A DNA stretch of 64,000 nt from Chrysomallon squamiferum (Eukaryota; Animalia; Mollusca): assembly GCA_012295275.1 (NCBI GenBank), contig CM022671.1:18290001-18354000 (forward strand), in the 5' to 3' direction. Positions 1 to 13,853 of this stretch are shown here, in pieces. The notes beneath the pieces were generated by a model. It did not search any database. It was not told where the DNA came from and was given only the letters and a program-made list of their open reading frames with translations. The translations under genes and the position numbers were made by a program. The stretch's first letter is position 1. Every line of letters starts with the position of its first letter.

Positions 1-262
1 ACTGTATTTACCGTTTCGAATTAATCAGTAAAAAGCATTAATACTTGAAAGAGAGCGAGAGAAAAAGAAATAAACACATACATATATAGAGTGAGAGCTA
101 TTAAAATGGAAAAACATAAAGAGAATTTAACAAGAAAGAGAAATAGATCTAAAGATAGACAAATATCTACATATATGTACATAAGTACATTTACATATAC
201 CACACTCTTGATTGGTTTCTGAATCTTCTGTGTGCATGTAACGACAAGAGACAGTCAGATAG

Positions 263-265
<3 letters not shown>

Positions 266-342
<77 letters not shown>
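266..342. repeat. (AG)n microsatellite
   Basis: Pure AG dinucleotide run read directly from the sequence. Confidence 0.97.
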
Positions 343-346
<4 letters not shown>

Positions 347-1138
347 TTTCATTCCTTTAACTAGCTTTGATGTTACGTGTCCATGAAATAAAAAAAGGAC
401 TTAGATAGGGAGTATGAAATTTTCATTGAAAGAAAAAAGGCAAGAGAGAGAGATCATAACCGAATCCCTGCTTTACCCAATCTAATCACGCCCGCATTCG
501 AAGAAAATACTTTCATCTTGAATTCATCAAAGTTAAAGAGTTGGCAACAACTTCTTGCATGGAAAGACCAGCGACTCTAAGCGACTGTTTCTTTGTCTAA
601 GACTGACTCAATCCAATTATAGAAATCAATATCATTCTTTCTCAAACCAGCGAGAAAATATTTCAAATATTGTTTTAGAAAACCTCGGTTCTAAGTTAAT
701 TTTAATGCTACAATCACGGTGAAATTAAAGCGAAAGGCTTTTTTCGTGTTGTTGTTGGTTTTTTATCATAGTGCTTTTGGCCGTTGAATGCATTACCAGT
801 TAATGCGACTCAAAAGAAAGACTTCAAAACAAAATCGTCTGTGAAAACCTTAAAGCATCCAAAAAAAAAAAAAAAAAAAAATTAATATTTTCTTTATGTG
901 CCTAATCTTATAATTATTTCTTACAGAGCAGTATTTGTCTTGTTGTGTTCAGTTATTTGTTTGAAGGATTTTTCTGTCCACGTTTGTCAGCGATTAATTA
1001 TCTTTTCTGTCTGAAAGTTTGTCGCTTTCAAGGCTGGAAATTTGAAAACGAATCAGCTGGAAATCTGTCGACTTTTTTTTAACAGTGGAAAATGTAATAT
1101 AAGTCTAACTCTCCAGATAACGTATACACACATACAGT

Positions 1139-1139
<1 letters not shown>

Positions 1140-1208
<69 letters not shown>
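1140..1208. repeat. (AG)n microsatellite
   Basis: Pure GA run. Confidence 0.97.
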
Positions 1209-1210
<2 letters not shown>

Positions 1211-1489
1211 AATAAAAATAAAATATAATAAAATTAATTAAAGACATATAATTTATGAAGAAACAGTAATAGCAAACTTTATTGAAACCACAACTATAAT
1301 AAGACTTATTCGGTCAAATCTCTCTTCTAATAAATAGTTCTTTCTTTTTGTGTGTGTGCACGTGTGCGTATGTGTTATATATGTTTTTCTTTATATATGT
1401 ACGGAAAAATTATACACTAATTCGTTGATGTTACATTATTTTATTTTTATTACTACAAAATCTGCAAGGACTATTACTGCTATGATCCT

Positions 1490-1548
1490 GCTACTACTAG
1501 AGCAGATAGAATGACTACTACTACTACTGCTACTACTACTACTATTAT

Positions 1549-1584
<36 letters not shown>

Positions 1585-1618
1585 CACTACTATTATTATT
1601 ATTATTATTATTATTATT
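1490..1618. repeat. compound (ACT)n-(ATT)n microsatellite
   Basis: ACT triplets grade into ATT triplets; this explains the poly-T/poly-I and poly-N/poly-S ORFs. Confidence 0.95.
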
Positions 1619-3169
1619 CCTCAAACAGTAAACCAAATTAAAATTTTAGACAATTATGATGGTGAATTTACAAAACAATTACATAAAAAAAATATGGCCG
1701 CCGTTTCTGCTCTGAACGAGCTACCCTGGGTAAATACGTTTCGGTTTACATGTATACATACTCGCATTCAGACTATTTACACACGAGCCGTGCCTTTCAG
1801 CACGGTAACGTCTAGCAATGAAGTTAATTTGTCCGCGACTGAATAGCCATTCAAACAGTAGAAGAATTACACTTCTTAAACACACAGAATTAAACTGGTC
1901 GCTTTAGTACCGAGGAAATAATAGATGTCAGTTCTGCATAAAACGCGTACCAGTCAAAGTGACTAATTGGCCTGGAATCGTCCGTTCAAACAGAACTGAA
2001 CATGTTTAATTTGCACCGAAATGTGCGGCTATTAAACACATCTAAGTATCTTTCTTTTTTCTTTTCTTTTCTTTTTTTTTTCTTTAACTGCCGAGAAAGA
2101 CTTGTTGTTGTCACACATATTCACATTCGTGGACATAAAAATTATTTGCACATGAATCGGGTCTGAACTGAAAGCGTTTTAAAAGAAAAGCAAGCACCGC
2201 AGTCTCACGCTCAGGTGTTTGTCGGGCGTTTGCGGTCATTCAGATTATAGAAAAGCGGCAATCACCGCAAACATTCCAACGGTACCGAGGCCCACGACGT
2301 GGTAACTAACTGCTACGATTAAAAACGAAGTCTGTGTGTGTGTGTGTGTGTGTACCGTTCATTTGACGATTTATAACTGCCAAAAGACTCGTCAATGTTC
2401 ACATGTGTGCGAAAATGCTGCATGTTCCGACACGTCAGCGGAAAATCAATTCGTATTGAAAGCTTATCAAATCTATTTTTTTTTTTTTGTTGTTCTTTTT
2501 GTGTGTGTGTGTGTGTTTTTTTTTGTTTGTTCTCTCTCTCCCTTTCAGAGAAATAAAAATACCAAAAACCTTTTGTCATACTGACGTATAAATAAGGTTA
2601 AGACATGCGATCTTAAATGCGTTATGCAAAAACATGAATTGTCTGCTCATGACCGTAAATTATTATTTATTAGCGTCGTTGTGAAAGAAAACTCGTCTTA
2701 TTGCCTTACGAATTTACACACAGCCTCGCTACAGGTATTATTTGTTTATTTATTTATTTACTCGTAAGTCTCCCTACAGGTATGGCAACCCGGCAGCTAA
2801 CTATGCGGAGTCCTGTCGTTAATGATATAATTAACGCTTATATAAATATTTATATTCACACACTGAAAGGTGGGGTTTCTTTCACCAAACAATAGCAACA
2901 CTGATGACGCAGATTTCAGCTCCACTTTATATGCCTTTTTCGTTTATTTAATTATTTATTTATTTATACATGCATACGTGCATGCATATTTCACTGAGTT
3001 ATATTAAGTTGCAGGCAGAATTTATTTTTTGTATTTATTTATTTACTATTTATTTATTTATTTTATTTATTTATTTATTTATTTTAGTTGTTAAAAAATA
3101 TTACTAATAAAAAAAAAAAAAAAAAAAGTAAACGCACACACACACACAAACACGTTTTTCAATAACAGC

Positions 3170-3173
<4 letters not shown>

Positions 3174-3245
<72 letters not shown>

Positions 3246-3536
3246 AAAGTTTTATAACGAAGATTGTGAGTAAAATAATTATAAAGTTGTTGTTTTCTAT
3301 CACTGACTTCTGAAATACATCTTAGTGGATGAAATGATGTCACTAAAATGAGGAAAGATCTGCCTCCTTGATTCCTCTCAAGCGTATTATAATTCTTTTA
3401 GTTATACTTTACCGTCGGCATAGATTTATGTCTTAAAAGAAATGTTACTTAGAAATTTCTGAGACTTATTTGCGCTATAATGTATTTATTATAACTCAGC
3501 AACAACAACCTCAGCAGCAACGACAATAAAATAAAT

Positions 3537-3606
<70 letters not shown>
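3174..3606. repeat. two (CT)n microsatellites (3174-3240 and 3541-3606)
   Basis: Two CT runs separated by unique AT-rich sequence. Confidence 0.95.
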
Positions 3607-3609
<3 letters not shown>

Positions 3610-4348
3610 TCTCTTTCAGATACATAAAAATACCATAATTCTTTCTCTCTCTTTTCTCTTCTGCTTAAACTAAACGACACTTACATCCATGCATGCCTAC
3701 ATACAAACCTCTCTCTCTTTCTATTTTTTTCTCTCTCTTTCTCTCTCTGTTGTTCATGCACACACAAAAACGTTGATTCTTTCTTTATCTTTTCCCATCT
3801 TCGCAAACTAAACCACTCAAGGAAAGATAAAAAAAAAAAAAAAAAAAAAAAAGAAATGTGAAGAAAAAAAGAAACAATCACCATAAATTAGTTTTCAAGG
3901 TTTAGTTAAAAACCAATTGGATAAAAAAAGAAAGAAGAAATAAATAAATCCAAAAAAAAAAAAAAAAAAAAAAAAAAATCTCGGCAGCCTTTTACTTAAA
4001 TGAACACGTTTCTCGCTAACTGTTATGTATGTTATTCTGTGCTTGGTGATAAATCATAAATTGTGGTCAAATATTGACAGATTATGGCGAAAATCTGGCG
4101 CGTCGCGCTCTTTGAAAAGAAAAAAAAAAAAACTCACAATGATATTAATTGCTTTTATTTGTTTCCATAAATACGTTTCTAAGTGCAAATGAAAATGGCG
4201 GCCTGAAAAACACGGCGTACAGTCATTGATTCCGCACACGTAAACAAATATACAAGGGCGAATCCAAGATTTCGGAATATTAGGGGGTGCACTTCAGTAT
4301 TTTATTATAAACAGAAATTAAACGTATTATGCAGTATCAATAATAACG

Positions 4349-4397
<49 letters not shown>

Positions 4398-5046
4398 AAA
4401 TATTATTATTATTATCATCATCATAATCATAATCGTTATCATCATAATTAATGGAGATATCCAATGTACCGGCTCCCCCCCACCACCTCCAGGATGGCGT
4501 TATGACATGTTACGTTAATTTCCCATCGTTTTTCCACTGTGCGCGCGCTTGCTTAATAACACCTTAATTATACTAAATTATTGTCAAGCCGAAATACCGA
4601 TTGATGAACTCGCTCAATTATTTTAATTTTGTTTCTGTTTTTTTTTTTTTTTTTTTTTTCAAAGAAAAGAATAAAAAAAAAATAAAATAAAAAAAAAAAA
4701 GAGGAAAAAATATTGTGGTTTCTTTTCAATAATAGTCATTTCGTGTAGAGTGATTGGACGGTGGAATACATTATGTATGTCCCTTCCTTTGATTAACAGA
4801 CTTTGGTTTTATCTTAGTGCTGAAGCAGATATAATAGAAAAACAGTTATTTTTTTTTTTTTTTTTTTTATTATTGATGCTGTGGTTTAGCTGTTTTGTTC
4901 ATAATTCGCTTCACTTGAAATATCGCTATAAGCAGAAATGCAATATTTGTTTAGATGTTTTAAAGTTTAAAAAAAAATAATAAAACAATTTATTTTTGAT
5001 AACACACGAATAGTGCAATGACCTAGCTTTGAACGGCTATAGAAGG

Positions 5047-5100
<54 letters not shown>

Positions 5101-5659
5101 CAACAACAACAACAACAATAATCAACAACATCATGGACAACAATATCAAGAACAAAACCTCAGCAGCAACACAAATAACAACAACAACAACAATAGCAAA
5201 ATCAATAACACCATCGACGTTATGAATCTCAGATTAAAAAAAAAAAAAAGCATCAGAAGGAAAAACAACAACAACAACCACAACAACCATCACAACAACA
5301 ACAACAACAATAATAATAACAAGGCAACAACATTTAGTTTTCATAAAGCCTCTCGTACAGACAGACATCACTTGACAATCATACAGACTGTCGTTTCAGC
5401 TAATGATAATACTGCTAACATTGGCGACTTACGATATTGGTTTCTCACTAAATTAATTACTCACAGATAAGAATAGAGGACTGCAAATCGGCCATGAAGC
5501 CATCCGCGTCTTAGAAAGGTCGTCAGAAGATTTGGAGTTAATTAGCGAAGATGCGATCAGCGAGGCGTAAACACGTCAGTTTTAGAAGACGCAGCGAAAT
5601 CCACGCAGACTCGATTAAATCACGTTTTCCTGTTTCTTATATAGCCTCACTTTTTATTA

Positions 5660-6007
5660 ATATATATATATATATATGTATGTATGTATGTGTGTGTGTG
5701 TGTGTGTGTGTGAATATGCGTGTGGGTGTATGTATGTATGTGTGTGTGTGAATATGTGTGTGTGTGTATGTTTGTATGTATGTTTCTGTGTATATATGCA
5801 TTTATGTTATGTATGTGTATGTATGTGTATGTGTGTGTGTGTGTATGTATGTGTGTGTGTATGTGTGTGGGTGTATGTGTGTGTGTGTGTGTCTGAGGCA
5901 TTTTTTTATGTATGAATGTATGTATGTATGTTTATATATGTATGTATATATATATATGTGTGTCCGTGTGTGTGTGTATGTTCGCGTATTGATATTTATG
6001 TATGTAT

Positions 6008-6044
<37 letters not shown>

Positions 6045-6122
6045 GCGTGCGTGCGTGTATGTGTATATATATATCTAAATATGTATGTACGTGTATGTAT
6101 ATATGTATATATGCATGTGTGT
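5660..6122. repeat. compound (TG)n/(TA)n/(TATG)n low-complexity tract
   Basis: Alternating purine-pyrimidine repeats over ~460 bp; source of the VC/HT-rich ORFs. Confidence 0.95.
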
Positions 6123-7172
6123 ATTTTTCAGTTAAATATTACCGTTACTGAAAAATGTCAGAAAGCTAATTTTATTTGATTTACTCAGTTTTAAAATCTA
6201 ATTTTTAAATCTCGCTTGAATAAGAGAATGGAATTTAAATCAAATTTAAAAAAAAAAAAAAAAAAATAAGTTTTTCAACCCTTTGTTAAATTTAATGCAA
6301 TAAATAAATTAGTTTCCAATTCAGCGAGAAAAACGAATTCGCCTGTACTTCAACTACCACTCTGCAAAAATTAGTTTAAATCAATCTTTTTATCTCATAA
6401 GCTACGACATTAGGCGAAAACAAATTTAAATTTATTTTAGACAGTCGGGAAATTCTAAAATATTAATCTGTATTAATAACACTTGTTTGAAAGCTTTATA
6501 AATCAGGCTGAGATTAACATTGCAGATATAACCGATAATTCTCACATATGGCTGTTTAGAATTAATTCAAATCGTGTATCTAATATTGAATTTCATCACC
6601 TTTGACATCGTGGAAATCGTTTAAAAACAAACACGTTGTGAATTGATATCTTGGGTGAGCAGTTCTGAACTTAGAATAATTAATAATTCTTTACGCTTTT
6701 TCAATGATTTTTAAACTTTTATAAAAGAGATTTATCGGGTTCTTTCGTCCAGAAAGTAACTCGATCGTTTGCAATCTTTGGTAATGTCTTTATATCTCTC
6801 CTATGAAAACTAAATAGTTAATTTTGAAATTAGATTATTTTACATTGATTTTTCCTTTTCAGCACGTACTAAATCTTATTTATTGTTTATTCTTTTATTT
6901 AATCTATCATTCTTTTTTTCAGTGTCATAATATTTTATATTTTATGGAAGAAATAAATGTTTTATTTAAGACTGTTCACAACACAGTTTTAATCTACGAA
7001 TATACAACATCACACATATATAGTTAAGTTCATGTAGATAACGAAACAGAGAAAACTCGCTATAATAAAAATTATTCTTTTTAAGTTAAGGGCCTTTTAA
7101 CAAACTAAGAAAGGGACAATGTTTGGTAGGCTGGGGTGAATAGATATTGCAGCCTGCGACACCTCAACACAA

Positions 7173-7209
<37 letters not shown>

Positions 7210-8049
7210 AGTAAAAAAGGAACAAAGTAATTTTTTTTAATAAACTCTATGTTTGCTACCCACTAGCCATTAATATAAAGTATCCTGTGATTTGGTCTAT
7301 ACGTCTATCTGTCTGTCTATCTGCATATATATTCCTATATACCTGTCAGTCTGTTTGTTTGTCTGACTGTCTGTCTATCTATTATATCTGTCTATCTAGC
7401 TAACTTACCTGTCTGACTGTCTATTATATCTGTCTATCTAGCTAACTGATCTGTCTGTCTATACATTTTTCTGTGTATCTATCTGACTACCTGTAAATCA
7501 TCATTTGTATCATGCACGCAATTCTTTTCTTTAAGAAAAGACGTTAACAACCACCGAAGTATCAAAACGTCAGTTCTGCAGTTTCGAGTCGGCCACAATC
7601 TATATTCACGGCAGAGACATTGCGCTTTAAGTTAATTGATATCACCTTGACAAACATTTCTGTATTCAGCATGCGCGAGACAGCTAAAGTGATCATCCGC
7701 AGTGTTGGACTTTATCAACATTTTGATTTCGTTTAGCCGTGTCTAATAAAACGATCATCTTTCCTCGCCACTGCGGAACAATATTTTATTAAATATCCCG
7801 CGCAAACCAGTCAATGCGCGGCTTACATGAAATGTCCATCTCACTTAAACTGATTGTCTCTGGGGTTATTGTTGACCCTGCAATTAGACACCGATAGATA
7901 TTCGTGTTTTAATAATATCAATAGCGTTCGCCATTAAGACAAACTCCGAAAAAAAAAAAAAAAAAAAAAAAAATCAAAATCTGACGATATCGGAAACTGT
8001 ACTAATTACACACCACTTCAATTGGAGGCATGTAATTTAAAGGAATGTA

Positions 8050-8230
8050 AGAGTTTTCGGCCAATAGAAACCGTCATTAGATAAAATCAATCGCGCCACT
8101 CGACGGACGGATGAATTATTTGCCTTTCAACCAATGACGTCTCGTCTCTTTTCGCGGCGCTGTCAACCGAAGTCCTCGACAAACGCGAAAATATCTCTAA
8201 CAGGTAAATTGGTCCGGGTACTTCCGCCTT
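8050..8230. promoter_or_regulatory. CpG-rich promoter/enhancer-like island with two CCAAT boxes, a half CRE, E2F-like and ETS-like motifs
   Basis: CCAAT at 8061 and 8131; TGACGT at 8135; TTTTCGCGG near 8149 and CGCGAAAA near 8184; ACTTCCG near 8220; locally high CpG density. Motif matches only. Confidence 0.35.
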
Positions 8231-8622
8231 AAGTGCGGTCTCATTGATTGTCACTTTGAGCGAAGAAAATGGAAGAAATAAATAGAACTAACTAGCAAAG
8301 CCCTATCGCTAATACTGGCAGTAATTTCCTAATTCATCGTGCATTTCATAATAAAAGAGATTATTAAAGTTGTAAGGAACTTGAAAGCGATATTAATGGT
8401 TTTAACGATCCCGCGCTGTTGTCGGCCGCGTGCGAAAAAGTCGTGGAAATCTTCGCCGGTGACGCGACGAGCTCTGTGAATTGAAAACGACGCTCGAAAA
8501 GTGGAGAGATTATTGTCGCACACACCCCCTGGATGGTTTGGTAATGTCAAAATCAGATGATGTTTGTCTGGGAAAGGGAATGCGTGTGCGTGAGTGGGCG
8601 TGAGGTGAGTATGTGCGAATGT

Positions 8623-8864
<242 letters not shown>

Positions 8865-9209
8865 CACACTTCGGTCTTTTCCCTCACTCGCTATTCCTCT
8901 TTCCCTCTCATACTCTATCTTTCTCAGTCTTTGTCTTCATATATCTGCTTTTGTTTTTTTATAGAGACATGCTGTATAGCTGAACTTAGGCAAATGGATT
9001 TATTTGAGAGAGAAAGAGTTAGAACGTATGATTAATGAGAATGTTTCTTTACATATATCGCAAACTGCATCTGCAATATATACATTTTGTATATTTTTTT
9101 TGATATAACACAACAAACAGAACAAAACTAGTCAAAACGACAATAAATAAATAAAACAGCTTAATAATCAAACAAGCAAATAAAAGGCCAGCCAACCATT
9201 TCTCAAACC

Positions 9210-10324
9210 AGCTATTTAACCAACCAACCAACCACACAACTATTCCATCAACCCACCAACAAACCATACAAACAACCTTCAACACAACCAACCAACTACA
9301 CAACCAACCACACAACCAACCAGACAAACAACCAGACAACCATACAAACAACCTTCAGCACAAGAAACCACACAAACAACCAACCATACAAACAACCTTT
9401 AACACAACCAACCTTCAACACAACCAACCACACAAACAACCAACCATACAAACAACCTTCAACACAACCAACCACACAACCAACCAGACAAACAACCTTC
9501 AACACAACCAACCACACAAATAACCAACCATACAAACAACCAACCACACAACCAACCACACAACCAACCAACCACACAATCAACCAATCATACAAACAAC
9601 CTTCAACACAACCAACCACACAACCAACCAGACATACAACCAACCACACAACCAACCACACAAACAACCAACCATACAAACAACCTTCAACACAACCAAC
9701 CACACAACCAACCAACCACACAACCAACCACACAAACAACCAACCATACAAACAACCTTCAACACAACCAACCACACAACCAACCACACAACCAACCAAC
9801 CACACAACCAACCACACAAACAATCAACCATACAAACAACCTTCAACACAACCAACCACACAACCAACCAACCACACAACCAACCACACAAACAACCAAC
9901 CATACAAACAACCTTCAACACAACCAACCACACAACCAACCAACCACACAACCAACCACACAAACAACCAACCACACAAACAACCTTCAACACAACCAAC
10001 CACACAACCAACCAACCATACAACCAACCAGACAAACAACCAATCATACAACCAACCTTCAACACATCCAACCACACAAACAATCTTCAACACAACCAAC
10101 CACACAATCAACCAACCACACAAACAACCAATCATACAACCAACCAACCACACAAATAACCAACCACACAACCAACCAGACAAACAACCAACCTTCAACA
10201 CATCCAACCACACAAACAACCTTCAACACAACCAACCACACAACCAACCAGACAAACAACCTTCAACACAACCAACCACACAAATAACCAACCATACTAC
10301 CTACCACACAACCAACCAACCAAC
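9210..10324. repeat. complex A/C-rich minisatellite built from 4-nt words (CAAC, CACA, CAAA, CATA, CTTC), with local 72-bp periodicity
   Basis: The anchor CCTTCAACA recurs at spacings that are all multiples of 4, including 72,84,72,72,72 in the core. Confidence 0.95.
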
Positions 10325-11687
10325 GAAACATGGCATTCTCAACTATTTTCAAAAATACGTAACTGTCGGAATTCCAGTCTTTTAAGAGTTTGGTTATTTA
10401 CTCTGACCTATAACTTAGACGCCAGTAAAAACTCAGCTTTGATGAAATGAGAGTCTGCATTAAAATTACAAACCAGCAAGCAATCGACCCGAATTTCACT
10501 AAAATGTCAAGTTCCAGAATCGTTAAAACAAAATACTAGTAATTTTAGTCTGCTGTTCTTTGAAGTTAACCTCCAGTTGAATCGATGCTTGATTCTAGTT
10601 TTTTTTTAAATTATTATTTTTTTTTTTACAAATCTTTTAATATGAATATACTGATTTAAATTTATGTGTTTTTAAAATAATAATAATAAAAAATGATAGT
10701 TTGATTATATTTTTCTTAATTTGTTTTATAATGAAATGTATAGGTTTTACTGAAATTTTGTGTATTTTATTCAGTATTATCACATGGATTCTTTTTATAT
10801 AATCAAAAATAACAATTCTATAAAATATAAAGTAATTTAAGCTGTTTTCATTTTAATAAAAGTCTATAACATAAAAAAATAATCTTTGCAGTTTCAAGGA
10901 AGTATATACAAACCAGTTGCCTTGTAGAAATCAGTAATTGATTATTTTACAAATAAGTTCCCTAAAACTGGATCTGTCTGTCTGTCTGTCTGTCTATCTG
11001 TCTGTCTGTCAGCCTGTCAGTCTGTCTATCTGTCTGTCAGTCAGTGTGTCTCTCTCAGTCAGTAGCAGCCGTTATTTTGAGAACAAATGTCGGACATTTT
11101 TAGGGTAATTTGTGTTTGATGAAGAAAATAGCCAGATAAAAAGAAAACGTGATATAAAATGTTTCTGATTTGATAAAACAGCCGTGTTTAACGTTTTGTC
11201 TATTGAATTAGCAATGTCAAAATTGCCCATATCGGATAAACTAATTACATATGACAAACCCCGTTTTTATAATGACCGACAAAGTCGTATTTCACTATAC
11301 ATACATATACCACTAAGCAAGACGATACGTTGCAAATCGTGTTAATAAGTACGAAAATTAGAGCAAATAAACACTCAAATTTATTTTGGACAAAAAAAAA
11401 AAAAAAAAAAAACTAACCTTATCGTAACGAAGAACAAAGAAATGAAGGTGCAAAAAAAAAAAAAAAAAACCCTGTCACGATTGGTTCTACAGCAAATTAT
11501 TTATTTCTTGTTAACTACATTTTATTTCTTAAATTTTTGACGGGCACGTAAATGTGGATTTTAGACGAGTCCTTTCACTGGTAAATCCAGCCTTGGGGAG
11601 ACTTAGTAAAACTTGCACAGATCGTCTAAGTAGGGTTTCGGTAATCGTCTTTAGACCTGATTAAAAAACGAATGTCCTCTGGCTCAC

Positions 11688-11948
11688 TGCTTTACTTGCA
11701 CTAGTCCGGCTGGACCCGAGAACAGCGTAATGATCACACAACAAATCCAGCAGCCCGACGACCACTCATTAGTGCTCGTGTTCAAATCTCGGATCCTTCT
11801 TCTGATCAATATAAAATATCGAGTGTCGAGATTTTTATGTTTCTTTTGTCGACTCTTTTCAAAGTTTTTACATTCTGGGACGTGTCTCATCGACTTTCGT
11901 CCGTCCTTAGGTTGTGATAGGTCCCAGGAACGATCGTCATTAGTGAAT
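11688..11948 (-). CDS. candidate coding exon of an unidentified gene, ending in a hydrophobic Cys-containing segment
   Basis: 261-nt stop-free frame (FTNDDRSWDLSQPKDGRKSMRHVPECK...WSSGCWICCVIITLFSGPAGLVQVK) between a weak acceptor (ttaacag) and a GTGAGC donor, both phase 2. No recognisable domain. Confidence 0.2.
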
Positions 11949-12685
11949 CTGTTAATTTATTTCCCGTTCCAACTACTGCCTCAGTAACTGATGAACGGCT
12001 ATAGTGTGTGTGTTCTTCGTTCTATCATTATACATAACATACTTGATTAGGAGATGATGTTAAATACTTTTATTTTAAAAAGTAAGAGGCGATATCGTTC
12101 AATAAATAGTTATTCATCGACTGATTTATTTCTGAAAAGGCAGTTCAAATGAATCTGGGATCTTTGAAACGCACTAAAAAATGAGTCGGTCACGATATAG
12201 AAAATAATTAGCAAAATACGATTTTTTTTTTGGTAATAAGTTTGCTATTCTTTATTTGTCATTATCTGATAGCATTCCGAGATATATTTTCTTCAGTACA
12301 TTTTGAAAACTTCAGAAATTCAGACAAGCAATCGATTAGTCGCGTATTCTTACGTTCTGAGTTGCCCTCCTTGGTTTTCGTATATTGCGCGAATTCAAAG
12401 ACGAACTTGTTGTCTCGAATATTACTTTCTCGTACAAGAGATCTTGTCAAAAGTGCTGAAATACAGATTGCGTCTGATGTGATCTCTGTAGATGATCAAT
12501 ACAGACTCTAACCACGAAACTACTGAAATGTTTTGAAATGTGCAGGATATTCAGCGGCGGTTCCAGAATTTCAGAGCGAAGGGGTGGGACTATAATTTTG
12601 TAGATTAGTTTTATAGATCAATATCTCTCTTCATTTCTGTCTGTCTGTCTGTCTGTCTATCTAGCTAACTAACTAATATACAAAA

Positions 12686-13000
<315 letters not shown>

Positions 13001-13119
13001 TCTAAAGGTGCCCGCTAGATGATTCTTTCAGCTGAATCTCACACTCAAGATCTACACACAACATTCCAGAAAAATTGAGTCTCTCGTAATATTGTGAAGA
13101 TGCTCGAGTTGAGACAGAG

Positions 13120-13250
13120 AGGAAAGGGATGTTTGTTTAAAGACAGGTCAGCGTCCATTTTGAATCTTCACGGATATTAGACTTGTAAAGTCTGGCTGAT
13201 GAGATACTGATGTGTGAAATATCTGACATATCAAGACGAACCCGTTAGAT
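13120..13250 (-). mobile_element. possible decayed SINE 3' portion
   Basis: gaaagggatgtttgtttaaagaca...cattttg...gaacccgtta resembles the reverse complement of molluscan SINE tails as I recall them; not verified. Confidence 0.3.
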
Positions 13251-13359
13251 ATGAATGATAAGTACCGTTTCACTCAAAAAGTAATCAAGTCAATTTTTTT
13301 TTTTTATTTTTTTTTTTTAATGCGTTGTTTTGACTTGTTAATGTCTGTGTTTAAATAAT

Positions 13360-13366
13360 GTTTATT

Positions 13367-13401
<35 letters not shown>

Positions 13402-13654
13402 TTTTATTTATTTTATTTATTTATTTATTTATTTATTTATTTTATTTATTTATTTATTTATATATTTATATTATTTATTATTTTCATTCATTAAGTTAGA
13501 AATTTATTTTTATTTTATTTTGTTTGGTTTTATTTTATTTTATTTTATTTTATTTTATCTTATTAATTTATTTATTTATTATATAATTTATTTACTTATT
13601 TTGTTTTATTTATTATCTGATTTATTATATTTTATTTTATTTTAATTTTTTAAT

Positions 13655-13720
<66 letters not shown>

Positions 13721-13791
13721 GTATTAAATAATTTATTTACTTATTATTGATTTTTATTTATTGATTTTTTGTTTGTTATTGCTTTTATTTA

Positions 13792-13852
<61 letters not shown>
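13360..13852. repeat. (TTTA)n/(ATT)n extremely AT-rich low-complexity tract
   Basis: Nearly all A/T; source of the FIYL/poly-I ORFs. Confidence 0.95.

Positions 13853-13853
<1 letters not shown>

Noticed and set aside
9049-10259. Long minus-strand ORFs rich in W/L/V/G/C, suggesting a repetitive membrane or structural protein
   Set aside because: Several overlapping frames are open simply because the G/T-rich repeat rarely forms stops. Many repeat spacings (e.g. 28, 40, 44, 76, 104) are not multiples of 3, so no frame is preserved.
12552-12590. RFQNFRAK reading resembling homeodomain helix 3 (WFQNRRAK)
   Set aside because: The invariant Trp is missing and there is no upstream homeobox sequence; the DNA fits a repeat-end motif instead.
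13186-13240. CTGATGA...GAAA hammerhead-like arrangement
   Set aside because: Stem II needs an extra nucleotide and stems I and III cannot both form cleanly; the segment is better explained as part of a decayed SINE tail.
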